From Candidatus Levyibacteriota bacterium (GTDB lineage: Bacteria; Patescibacteriota; Microgenomatia; Levybacterales; UBA12049), in NCBI GenBank assembly GCA_016182235.1, contig JACOXT010000003.1, positions 258,209 through 322,208 on the forward strand: a DNA stretch of 64,000 nucleotides. The letters run 5' to 3'. This document shows positions 37,748-46,479 of the stretch, piece by piece. Each line of letters starts with the position of its first letter. The first letter of the stretch is position 1. The position numbers were made by a program, and so were the translations under genes. The notes below the pieces were generated by a model. That model saw nothing but the letters and a program-made list of their open reading frames with translations, made no database searches and was not told the origin of the DNA.

Positions 37748-37767
37748 CTTGTAATCTAGATTACAAG
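37748..37767. promoter_or_regulatory. perfect 20-bp palindrome CTTGTAATCTAGATTACAAG followed by ATTTTT
   Basis: It lies in the divergent region between the orphan gene and aspS. It could be an operator or a plus-strand terminator-like hairpin. Confidence 0.35.
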
Positions 37768-37873
37768 ATTTTTCGAAATGACTTAAAGATTGCTTCGTTA
37801 CGCCAAGTCAGACTACGCTCGCAATGACAGCTTGGACTTGCTATGGTCAACATAAATGATTAAAATATGAATT

Positions 37874-39226
37874 GTGGAGAGAACACTGATTAGAGACACG
37901 ACTGCCAAGATTAACAAAGAAGTTCTTCTTAAAGGTTGGATTAAGACAAGACGAGATCATGGGAATCTTATATTTCTAGATCTATATGACCGGTCAGGTT
38001 TGATACAAATGGTTGTAAATCCCAAAGTCTCCGGAGATTCCTATAAAATTGCTCAAGAAATTAAAACAGAGTTTGTAGTTGAAGTTATAGGCAAAGTGAA
38101 TAAAAGACCAAAAAACGCAGTTAACAAAAACTTATTAACTGGGGAGGTCGAGATTGAGGTTTTAAAAATTATTATTCTTTCAAAAGCAGAGACTCTCCCA
38201 TTTGATATGGGAGGTGAAGATTTAAATCTGGAACTTCCAACTCTTTTGGATCATAGACCTTTAACTCTTCGTCATTTAAAAATTAAATCTATATTTGAGG
38301 TGCAAGAATTTATAGCAGATTCTTTCAGAAAAAAAGCAAAAGATTTAGGTTGCACAGAAATTTTTGTGCCGACCATTTCTGCGTCTGCAACAGAAGGAGG
38401 CGCAGATGTGTTTGGGATAGACTATTATAGTCATAGGGCTTATTTAACCCAGAGTCCTCAGCTTTACAAGCAAATGATGGTGCCTGTATTTGAAAGGGTA
38501 TTTACGATTGCCAAGGCGTATAGGGCAGAACCCTCGGTTACAACAAGACATTTATCCGAGGTGACTCAAATGGACTGTGAGTTTGGTTTTATAGATTTTA
38601 ATATGCTTTTAGATTTGCTGGAAGATGTCGGAAGAGAGACTATAAAAGGCGCAGTGGAAAAGACTTCCCATGTTCTTAAATTATTAAATATTGAGAAGCC
38701 AAAAATAAAAACAAAAATTCCAAGACTAGCTCTAAGAGAAGCACAAGAAATTATTTACAAAAAGTTAGGAAGAGATAATAGGAATGAACCAGATCTTTCG
38801 CCTCAAGATGAAATAGATTTAGGTATTTGGGCAGAAAAAGAGCATGGAAGCGATCTTGTAACAATTACTCATTTCCCAACAAAAAAACGCGCTTTTTATA
38901 CAATGCCTGATCCTACGAAATCAGAATATAGTTTGAGTTATGATTTATTATTTAAGGGGTCGGAAATTGCTTCGGGATCACAAAGAATAAATGATTATTC
39001 AGCAGTCGTTAAAGCGATAAAAGATAGGGGATTAAATCCTAAAGACTTTGAGATGTATTTAATGGCTTTTAAATACGGTATGCCACAAGAAGGGGGATTT
39101 TCTTTTGGACTTGAGAGAATGACGATGAAGTTGTTAAGCCTTACAAATATTCGGGAGGCGAGTTTATACCCCCGGGATATGGAGCGAGTAGATGAAAGAT
39201 TTTCATCAGTATCTAAAAAAGATTAG
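37874..39226 (+). CDS. aspS: aspartate--tRNA ligase, type 2 (archaeal-like, ~450 aa)
   Basis: OB-fold N-terminus (GWIKTRRDHGNLIFLDLYDRSG), class II motifs (TQSPQLYKQ, FRAE, GGFSFGLERM). GTG start with TTGCTA-N17-TAAAAT-N7 upstream. Confidence 0.8.
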   Translation: MERTLIRDTTAKINKEVLLKGWIKTRRDHGNLIFLDLYDRSGLIQMVVNPKVSGDSYKIAQEIKTEFVVEVIGKVNKRPKNAVNKNLLTGEVEIEVLKIIILSKAETLPFDMGGEDLNLELPTLLDHRPLTLRHLKIKSIFEVQEFIADSFRKKAKDLGCTEIFVPTISASATEGGADVFGIDYYSHRAYLTQSPQLYKQMMVPVFERVFTIAKAYRAEPSVTTRHLSEVTQMDCEFGFIDFNMLLDLLEDVGRETIKGAVEKTSHVLKLLNIEKPKIKTKIPRLALREAQEIIYKKLGRDNRNEPDLSPQDEIDLGIWAEKEHGSDLVTITHFPTKKRAFYTMPDPTKSEYSLSYDLLFKGSEIASGSQRINDYSAVVKAIKDRGLNPKDFEMYLMAFKYGMPQEGGFSFGLERMTMKLLSLTNIREASLYPRDMERVDERFSSVSKKD

Positions 39227-40136
39227 AAAACAGACAAGAGTCTTACTGTACATATTCCTGTTTTTTTCTCTTTTAGTTCTGGTTACCGCCTCTATTTTTG
39301 ATATTTTCTTAAGGCAATATATCTTCGAAGAGAAGCTAAATGAATTTCCAATTAACATATCTTCGGATTTATATCCTGTTCTTGCTTCTAAAATTAATTA
39401 CCCTATCACAGCTAAGGCGGCAGTTATAATGGATAGCGACTCAAAAGTTGTATTGTTTTCGAAAAATCCTAATCTTTTGTTCTCCATGGCATCAACCACA
39501 AAGATAATGACAGCGCTTATTGCGCTTGACTACTACAAAATGGGAGATGTCCTGACAATTAGAACAGATAACGTTGAAGGAGTAAGCGTAGGATTTCAGA
39601 AAGAACAGAAGTTCTTTTTTAAAGATATTTTGTATGCGATGCTTCTTCCTTCCGGAAATGACGCGGCATTAGCTTTGGCGCAAAACTATCCCAATGGAGA
39701 ATACGCATTTGTTGAAAAAATGAACGAGAAAGCGAGAAAATTACACCTTGATAACACCAATTTCGCAGATACGGCAGGACTAAAAGATAGAGAGGATTAT
39801 ACTACTGTTTTGGATTTGGCAAAGCTTGCCTCTTATGCCATCCAAAATAAAACCTTTGCCGAGATTGTCGCGACGAAAGAAGTCTCATTTTCAGATATCA
39901 CCGGCGAAAACAATTATAGGGTTTATAATCTAAATAAATTATTGGGAGTTTATGGTGTTAATGGTATAAAGACCGGATATACAGACGAAGCAGGTCAAGT
40001 CTTAGTCACGTCAAAGATGGAAGGAGACAATACTATTATTGTTGTTGTCATGGGAAGTGAAGATAGATTTTCAGACACAGAAAAATTGTTAAATTTGATA
40101 TCAGATAATATTAATTACTTATCCATTCATCCCTAA
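39192..40136 (+). CDS. D-alanyl-D-alanine carboxypeptidase (S11, PBP5-like)
   Basis: SxxK (MASTTKIM), SGN (LPSGND) and KTG (IKTGYT) motifs, with an N-terminal TM segment. Confidence 0.8.
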   Translation: MKDFHQYLKKIRKQTRVLLYIFLFFSLLVLVTASIFDIFLRQYIFEEKLNEFPINISSDLYPVLASKINYPITAKAAVIMDSDSKVVLFSKNPNLLFSMASTTKIMTALIALDYYKMGDVLTIRTDNVEGVSVGFQKEQKFFFKDILYAMLLPSGNDAALALAQNYPNGEYAFVEKMNEKARKLHLDNTNFADTAGLKDREDYTTVLDLAKLASYAIQNKTFAEIVATKEVSFSDITGENNYRVYNLNKLLGVYGVNGIKTGYTDEAGQVLVTSKMEGDNTIIVVVMGSEDRFSDTEKLLNLISDNINYLSIHP

Positions 40137-41142
40137 CTCCCGAAACATAAGCAATAAAATTAACTCCCTGAAAAATAATAACCGGCATAAGATATTCCGA
40201 CTCATCTGCATAATATCCAAGAGAGACATTTTTTATGGATATCTCGTTCTCTTGAGGATAAGATGCGATATAAGCTTTTCCCTGCTTCAGCTGAATAAAT
40301 GCTTCAGATGCAGTTTTTATGCCGTAAGTAGAAGAATCACTGGATATTTCTTTATAAGAATAATGTGCCTCAACTACTTTTAGCATGTTCTGTTCTTTTC
40401 CGACAAGTAAGTTAATACTTGATGTTAAACCGCCTTTATAATAAATAGGCAGATTGTCAATATTTTTTTGAAAAAAGTCCACCCTAACTATATTTGTACT
40501 TGAGATGCTAGTTGCAGGAGTGAGGGAGTTATTAATTATTGAGAACTGAGCGGTTTTAGTTTTTTCGTCACCTATATCTTTGGGAAATAAGGACATTGCC
40601 GCTAGGAATGATCTTGCCTCCTCAGTCGCCTCATTTAATTCATTTGAATTCTCAAAAGTCTCAAGAAACTGGGAATTCATAAATGGAGTTGAGAAAGTAA
40701 AATCTGATGAAAAGATATCAATTGTTATTGTTTTTGGAGGACTTTCTTCTACCCATTGATAGCTATCCTTAGAGATTTGAGTTCCCTCTTTTGCAAATCC
40801 AATTCCACGGATTTTATCCTGAGTTCTCTGAAGAGCTAAAAGATTGGGAACAGTTGGAACTATTTTATATACCTTTATTGTACTGGGAAGTTTTGGCAGA
40901 AGACCAGTTATCGTATCAAGAGTATAAGTAAAATTCCTGTTTTCCGATCCCTCTGGAAAAGAAATTGCTGGAAGTTTTCCAAATGCTATTTTAGGTATAG
41001 AGGAAGAATCGGGGAATATGATATTTTTAAGGGGCGTTAGTGCTTTTATTAGTATAAAAAGAAGAAGTAATACCAATAAGACAATCGCGCCCTTTCTAAT
41101 AATTTCAAGTACTCTTGCCTTAGTACTATTTAAGCTGGGCAT
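40111..41142 (-). CDS. hypothetical membrane-anchored extracytoplasmic protein
   Basis: Internal ATG chosen (MPSLNSTKARVLEIIRKGAIVLLVLLLLFIL), because the longer ORF would overlap the gltX promoter and start. Confidence 0.45.
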   Translation of the reverse strand: MPSLNSTKARVLEIIRKGAIVLLVLLLLFILIKALTPLKNIIFPDSSSIPKIAFGKLPAISFPEGSENRNFTYTLDTITGLLPKLPSTIKVYKIVPTVPNLLALQRTQDKIRGIGFAKEGTQISKDSYQWVEESPPKTITIDIFSSDFTFSTPFMNSQFLETFENSNELNEATEEARSFLAAMSLFPKDIGDEKTKTAQFSIINNSLTPATSISSTNIVRVDFFQKNIDNLPIYYKGGLTSSINLLVGKEQNMLKVVEAHYSYKEISSDSSTYGIKTASEAFIQLKQGKAYIASYPQENEISIKNVSLGYYADESEYLMPVIIFQGVNFIAYVSGVRDEWISN

Positions 41143-41182
41143 ACATATTGAGTATAAAGAATACTTGCTGTACAATGCAAGC

Positions 41183-42430
41183 ATGGTAAGAGTACGTATT
41201 GCCCCTAGCCCAACTGGAATTCCCCATATCGGAAACACCCGTACCGCGCTTTTTAACTTCCTATTTGCGAAACATAATAAAGGGAAATTTGTTCTTCGTA
41301 TCGAAGATACAGATCAAAAAAGAATTGTCAAAGGAGCTAAAGAAGCAATAGTAGAAATTTTAGAATGGCTTGGGATGGACGTAGATGAAATGCATATCCA
41401 ATCAGAAAGATTAGATGAATATAAAAAGTATGCAAAAGTACTTGTTGAGAGCGACTTGGCTTTTGAAGAAGAAGGTGCAATATGGATGAAAATGCCAAAA
41501 GGAAAGATTTTTTCTTGGCAAGACAAAATCGGCAATAAAAAAATATCATTCAAAAGTGATGTTTTGGAGGACTTTGTGATACTAAAATCAGATGGTTTTC
41601 CGACTTATCATCTAGCAAATGTGGTTGACGATCACCTTATGAATATTTCCCATATCATAAGAGGAGATGAGTGGATTTCCTCAACACCAAAGCACATCTT
41701 ACTTTATGAATCTTTTGGCTGGAAGCTTCCTTTATTTGCCCATTTACCTGTTATTTTGGGTCCTGATAAAACAAAATTATCAAAGCGTCATGGTGCAAAA
41801 TCCGTACTGGATTACAGGAGCGAGGGATATTTAAAAGAAGCGCTTATTAATTTCATGGCTCTCTTGGGCTGGGGTCCTTCAGCAAACAAAGAGTTAATGG
41901 ATATATCAGAAATGATAAGCCTTTTTGATCTTTCAGACGTTAATTCCGCAAGCCCAATTTTCGACATCAAGAAATTGGATTGGATGAATGGAGAATACAT
42001 TAGAAGGACTCAGAACTCAAAACTCAAAACTCAAATCTGGGAATATTTAGGTAAGAAATACCCTATTCAAATCATTGAAAAGACGATACCGTTGGCGAGA
42101 GACAGGATTAAAAAACTATCCGATTATCTGCCTCTTTGCGAATTCTTTTTCAAAGAACCAAATAAGTATGAGATTGATCTTTCTCAAAAAAAAGATATGT
42201 TGCGACATGTTTTAAATACTTTAAAAGGTCTAAGAAATTGGAAAGGGGTTGTTCTTGGAGAGAAAATGCAAAAATTAGCTTCGTCACTTAAGATCAGAAA
42301 TAGTGAATTTTTCATGATGCTTAGAGTTGCGATAACTGGAAAGAAAATCTCTCCGCCATTGAATGAATCAATGGAGATTTTGGGTAAAGAAAAAGTGTTG
42401 GAAAGAATTAAGAATGCGATGCCGTTATGA
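41183..42430 (+). CDS. gltX: glutamate--tRNA ligase (short form)
   Basis: Start taken at MVRVRIAPSPTGIPHIGNTRTALFN (HIGH motif); KLSKRH (KMSKS). The track ORF begins 55 codons too early. Confidence 0.85.
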   Translation: MVRVRIAPSPTGIPHIGNTRTALFNFLFAKHNKGKFVLRIEDTDQKRIVKGAKEAIVEILEWLGMDVDEMHIQSERLDEYKKYAKVLVESDLAFEEEGAIWMKMPKGKIFSWQDKIGNKKISFKSDVLEDFVILKSDGFPTYHLANVVDDHLMNISHIIRGDEWISSTPKHILLYESFGWKLPLFAHLPVILGPDKTKLSKRHGAKSVLDYRSEGYLKEALINFMALLGWGPSANKELMDISEMISLFDLSDVNSASPIFDIKKLDWMNGEYIRRTQNSKLKTQIWEYLGKKYPIQIIEKTIPLARDRIKKLSDYLPLCEFFFKEPNKYEIDLSQKKDMLRHVLNTLKGLRNWKGVVLGEKMQKLASSLKIRNSEFFMMLRVAITGKKISPPLNESMEILGKEKVLERIKNAMPL

Positions 42431-43026
42431 TAAACGTTGCTAAAATAATTTCGTTCCTGCTTAGCCCCTTGTTTATTTTGCTTCCTGTTCCTTATATTTT
42501 GGTCGAGAAAGTGAGCAGCAATCACCAATATGCCTTGAAATGGACAATTTTTTCTTATATTTTTGTATTAGCAGTAGCTGTTTTTATTTTGATAGGAGTA
42601 AAACTTAAGATTTTTTCTAATTTTGATGTTTCCAGAAAAGAACAAAGACCCATACTATTTTTATTTGTAGCTTTTACACTTCTTTGCTACGCTATATCTC
42701 TTCTTATCTTCGATGGTCCAAAAGTTCTTAATATAGTGGTTTTTGCTGTTGTTTTAGGATTAATAATTACGAATTTTATAAATCATTGGATTAAAGCAAG
42801 TATCCATCTTGCGACAGTAACTTCATTTTTATTGCTGTTTGGCATTCTTCACAAGGGTTATTATTTTCTTCTTTTGCTTTTAGTTCCTTTACTTGCATGG
42901 GCCAGAATTAGAAGTAAGGAGCATACACCTTTAGAAACCTTAGTTGGAACTCTTTTGGGGATTTTTTTGACGATTGCGGTATATACTTTTAGTAGACTTT
43001 TTCTTATGGGAATGATCTATAATTAA
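42427..43026 (+). CDS. PAP2-like membrane phosphatase candidate
   Basis: Six TM segments, with weak PAP2-type motifs (SRKEQRP; ARIRSKEHTPLETLVG). Adjacent to dgkA. Confidence 0.35.
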   Translation: MINVAKIISFLLSPLFILLPVPYILVEKVSSNHQYALKWTIFSYIFVLAVAVFILIGVKLKIFSNFDVSRKEQRPILFLFVAFTLLCYAISLLIFDGPKVLNIVVFAVVLGLIITNFINHWIKASIHLATVTSFLLLFGILHKGYYFLLLLLVPLLAWARIRSKEHTPLETLVGTLLGIFLTIAVYTFSRLFLMGMIYN

Positions 43027-43028
43027 AT

Positions 43029-43397
43029 ATGATGGTTTACAATAATTCTTTAATAAAGTCTTTTGGGTACGCGTTTGAGGGGGTCTTTCATGCACTTCGA
43101 GAAAATCGTAATTTAAGAATACATTTTACTGTTGCCCTACTTGTTGTCTTATTAGGAATATATCTTCAAGTAAATCACTTTGAAATGGGAATTTTGATAG
43201 TAATGATTATTCTTGTAATATCATCTGAAATGATAAATACCGCGCTTGAGGAAATGGTTAATCTTATTGTAAGCGAACATAGGAAAGCGGCCAAGATAGC
43301 AAAAGATGTGGCAGCCGGTATGGTTTTGGTTACCGCGATTGGATCAGTAATTGTCGGGTCGTTAATCTTTCTTCCCTACATATTAAGGCTTCTTTGA
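43029..43397 (+). CDS. dgkA: diacylglycerol/undecaprenol kinase (DagK family)
   Basis: SFGYAFEGVFHALRENRNLRIH and SSEMINTALEEMVNLI motifs; 122 aa; 3 TM segments. Confidence 0.8.
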   Translation: MMVYNNSLIKSFGYAFEGVFHALRENRNLRIHFTVALLVVLLGIYLQVNHFEMGILIVMIILVISSEMINTALEEMVNLIVSEHRKAAKIAKDVAAGMVLVTAIGSVIVGSLIFLPYILRLL

Positions 43398-44185
43398 TGA
43401 AGAAGATAGGAATAGTTTTTTTGATCTTTACAACTGGCTTCTTGTTTGGAGCGGCAATATTTAGCCAAAATTCCACTCCGAATAAGAATCAAGATGTAAA
43501 AAGCGCTATTTCTTCGGCCACGCCCACAATTCAGCCAACACAAACAAGTGCTCCGACAGCGGCCACAGAAAAAGATTTATCCAGCACCGATTCGGTGCTG
43601 GATTTATACCAGGTCACAAAAGTAATTGATGGGGATACGATAAGTGTAAATATTGATGGAAAGAATGAAGTTATTCGTTTGTTGGGGATAGATTCTCCTG
43701 AGAGTGTTGATCTAAGGGAAGAGGCTCAATGTTTTGGGAAAGAGGCATCCGACAAAGCCAAGATTCTTTTGACAGGAAAAAAAGTTAGCCTTGAATCAGA
43801 TCAGACGCAAGGAGATAGAGACAAATATAAAAGACTCCTTCGTTATGTATTTTTGGAGGATGGCACAAACTTTAATAGGCTAATGATAGAATTAGGTTAT
43901 GCACATGAATATATGTATAAAACCCCTTATAGATATCAAATGGAATTCAAGCTTATGGAAGACAAGGCAAGAGAGAAAAAAGTAGGTCTATGGGCTGACA
44001 ATGCATGCGCAAGTCCGATACAAGGTCCGACCTTGACAGTTGTTGATGATAGCTTTTCTTGCAATGGCAAAACAACTTGCAGCCAGATGGCAAGCTGCGA
44101 TGAAGCGTATTTTTACTTAAATAGTTGTGGGTTGAGTAGATTGGACGCAGACAAAGATGGTGTGCCATGCGAGACATTATGTTAG
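43394..44185 (+). CDS. secreted thermonuclease (SNase-like) with a C-terminal Excalibur calcium-binding domain
   Basis: VIDGDTISV...IRLLGIDSPE SNase motif. The C-terminus reads CSQMASCDEAYFYLNSCG...LDADKDGVPCETLC. Confidence 0.8.
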   Translation: MMKKIGIVFLIFTTGFLFGAAIFSQNSTPNKNQDVKSAISSATPTIQPTQTSAPTAATEKDLSSTDSVLDLYQVTKVIDGDTISVNIDGKNEVIRLLGIDSPESVDLREEAQCFGKEASDKAKILLTGKKVSLESDQTQGDRDKYKRLLRYVFLEDGTNFNRLMIELGYAHEYMYKTPYRYQMEFKLMEDKAREKKVGLWADNACASPIQGPTLTVVDDSFSCNGKTTCSQMASCDEAYFYLNSCGLSRLDADKDGVPCETLC

Positions 44186-44200
44186 ATAGAATGTTATTGG

Positions 44201-45367
44201 TTATCCTCTTTTGAATAACTTAAGGTAATTTTTGCCAAATAGAAGAATAAAGATTGAGAGAAATCCTGAGATTATGTATGGCAAAGCTATATTTAATGAA
44301 GCAAATGCTCCGCCTGTTAGCGGACCGAAAACCCGAGCCAAAGCAGCAAAAGATTGAGCAACTCCCAATACAATTCCTTGCTCATCGGGATCTGACTCAA
44401 GAGATATAAGAGATTGAATATTGACATTAAGTAGACTAAAACCCATAGAAGTAAATGGTCCAGCAATAAGAGCTAACCATCCAAATGGCGTTAAACCAAT
44501 CGAAATTACTGCAATACCGAAAATCACAAGTCCCAGTCTTATCATCTGTATCTCATTTATTTTTTTCAACAGAAGACTTATTAAATATGCCTGAGTTATA
44601 AAAGATCCAAGTCCGATAAGACCAAAATAATATCCGTTTTGCGATTCAGTCCATCCAAATCTCATTTGCGAGAATATGGGAAAAACTCCTATTATTAAGG
44701 CTAAAACAAAGTTTATAAAGAAGAAAAGTATTAGGAGAAAAGACATGTTTTTGGGGCGCAAAACTTCTCGTGTAACTTTATAATTAAAAAGCTCTATTTT
44801 AATGTCTTTTTGGAGTAGTTTATTTGATTCAGGAAGAATAATAAAAATTAGAAAAGTATTAATTAAGGAGAGTATAGCTGGGATGAGAAATGGAGCTCCG
44901 ATTCCAAATTTTTCTGATACAACTCCGCCTAGAAGCGGTCCTATTATAAATCCTAGACTAAAAGAGGCTCCAAGAAAGCCCATTCTCTTTGTTCTTTCGT
45001 GTTTAGTAGAACTGTCGGCAATATAAGCTTGCGCGACCGAAAGACTGGCGCTTCCGATTCCAGCAACTATTCTTGCTATAAAAATAATTAAAAGAGCTTG
45101 AGAGAAAAAAATTAAAGAATAAGAAATGGCATTTATGAAAGAACTTACAATCAAAACTGGTTTTCGGCCATATTTGTCCGAAAGCCTTCCCAATATGGGT
45201 GAGAAAAGGAACTGGAATAAGGAAAAAAGAGCAATAATAACTCCAACCAAAAAGACATTTCCGCCGACCCTTTCAACCAGGAGAGGAAGAATCGGAATAA
45301 CTATCCCGAATCCCAGCAAATCGATAAAAACCACAAGAAGTAAAATGAAAAGCTTTCTGTCGAGCAT
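44201..45367 (-). CDS. MFS transporter (DHA1/tetracycline-efflux-like)
   Basis: 12 TM segments, with GRLSDKYGRKP (MFS motif A). Confidence 0.75.
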   Translation of the reverse strand: MLDRKLFILLLVVFIDLLGFGIVIPILPLLVERVGGNVFLVGVIIALFSLFQFLFSPILGRLSDKYGRKPVLIVSSFINAISYSLIFFSQALLIIFIARIVAGIGSASLSVAQAYIADSSTKHERTKRMGFLGASFSLGFIIGPLLGGVVSEKFGIGAPFLIPAILSLINTFLIFIILPESNKLLQKDIKIELFNYKVTREVLRPKNMSFLLILFFFINFVLALIIGVFPIFSQMRFGWTESQNGYYFGLIGLGSFITQAYLISLLLKKINEIQMIRLGLVIFGIAVISIGLTPFGWLALIAGPFTSMGFSLLNVNIQSLISLESDPDEQGIVLGVAQSFAALARVFGPLTGGAFASLNIALPYIISGFLSIFILLFGKNYLKLFKRG

Positions 45368-45401
45368 AAAAGTTTATTGTATCAATAAATAGATAGGGGG
45401 T

Positions 45402-45899
45402 TCAATGCTTATCTGGAGGAGATTTATATAATTTAAGGCCTAGAATTATTATTAAAAGAGAGATTGCGATTGGGGTTATGACTGGGCCAACCCAGGCAAT
45501 AGGAATTAAGAAATATACATCAACATCAAAAAGAGTTTTTGGCCAGCCGGTTAAATATTTTAGAAAAATATAGTAAAAAATATCCCATACTCCAAAAGCG
45601 ATTAAAAATGCTCCCAATCTTTGTTTCCACTTTTCCGCGGAAAGAAAAGCGAGTGATGCTAGCATAATCATTGTTGCTGCCTCTCTTTGTAACTCAGCGG
45701 CAGTAATCTTAGCATCGTTTAGGATTGGAATATCGGGCAAAATGAATGCAATTACACCTAAATTAAGAAGAGTTTTATAGTTACTTTGTACATAAGTGTT
45801 GCTGATATGAAAAATCTCCCGAAGATAAAATACAACAGTTGCCTCAACAAAAGCAAATGCTATTGAAAAGATTATCAACGAAATTAATCTTGCTTTCAT
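45402..45899 (-). CDS. membrane protein, unknown function
   Basis: 165 aa with 5 hydrophobic segments. Confidence 0.45.
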   Translation of the reverse strand: MKARLISLIIFSIAFAFVEATVVFYLREIFHISNTYVQSNYKTLLNLGVIAFILPDIPILNDAKITAAELQREAATMIMLASLAFLSAEKWKQRLGAFLIAFGVWDIFYYIFLKYLTGWPKTLFDVDVYFLIPIAWVGPVITPIAISLLIIILGLKLYKSPPDKH

Positions 45900-45983
45900 G
45901 TAGAAAGTATATCATTCCTCATAGATTAATTATATCAAGATTGTGGAAGGTCGGTAGATTTGATAAAATTAAGCTCGTATTGC

Positions 45984-46034
45984 CGGATCGTCTAATGGCC
46001 ATGTCATGCGACATGGTCCTGTCGAATGACAGGA
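45984..46034 (+). other. copy of the tRNA-Gln 5' part (GGATCGTCTAATGG) followed by twin 18-nt hairpins
   Basis: CCGGATCGTCTAATGG matches nt 3-18 of the tRNA-Gln 330 nt downstream at 15 of 16 positions. It is followed by CCATGTC-ATGC-GACATGG and TCCTGTC-GAAT-GACAGGA. There is no matching 3' acceptor strand, so it is not a tRNA. Confidence 0.55.
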
Positions 46035-46040
46035 TAGGAT

Positions 46041-46307
46041 ATGTTTTATTATGTTTACATTTTATTGTTAAACAATAATAAGTTGTATACTGGGAGCTCA
46101 GGAGATCTAAAAAGAAGAGTTAAATATCATAATAATGGGTTAGTTAAGTCAACCAAAAACTATAAACCGGTTAAACTAATTCATTACGAAGCTTATTTAG
46201 AAAAAGGTGATGCTTTGAGACGAGAAAGGTATTTGAAGACAACAGAAGGGAAAAGATTTTTAAGACAACAAATTAAATTATTACTTAAGAAGATTGACTA
46301 TAAATAA
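46041..46307 (+). CDS. GIY-YIG nuclease superfamily protein (UPF0213/YhbQ-like)
   Basis: YYVYILLLNNNKLYTGSSGDLKRRVKYHN matches the GIY...YIG...R...H(N) pattern; 88 aa. Confidence 0.8.
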   Translation: MFYYVYILLLNNNKLYTGSSGDLKRRVKYHNNGLVKSTKNYKPVKLIHYEAYLEKGDALRRERYLKTTEGKRFLRQQIKLLLKKIDYK

Positions 46308-46312
46308 ACAAT

Positions 46313-46386
46313 TACGGGATCGTCTAATGGTAGGACGTAAGACTCTGAATCTTACTATCTAGGTTCGAATCCTAGTCCCGTAGCCA
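46313..46386 (+). tRNA. tRNA-Gln (anticodon CUG), CCA encoded
   Basis: Manual cloverleaf. Acceptor TACGGGA/TCCCGTA (U1-A72), D arm GTCT/GGAC, anticodon arm TAAGA-CTCTGAA-TCTTA, T arm CTAGG-TTCGAAT-CCTAG, discriminator G plus CCA. Confidence 0.85.
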
Positions 46387-46404
46387 AGACGTGCAGATAA
46401 ATAT

Positions 46405-46440
46405 GCTGTTTCACTTTTCAGGTGAAGGTTCGGTGAAGAT
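46405..46440 (+). repeat. cassette-boundary element, copy A (divergent)
   Basis: GCTGTTTCACTTTTCAGGTGAAGGTTCGGTGAAGAT; hairpin TTCAC...GTGAA. It lies 19 nt after tRNA-Gln. Confidence 0.45.
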
Positions 46441-46479
46441 CCATAATGAAACTTACCTTTGGTTTGGTATAATAAAAAT

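Noticed and set aside
45975-46040. Possible second tRNA upstream of the GIY-YIG gene.
   Set aside because: Only the acceptor/D-arm 5' part resembles a tRNA. The two following hairpins are 7-bp stems with tetraloops (an even total length cannot give 7-nt anticodon or T loops), and no complementary 3' acceptor strand exists.
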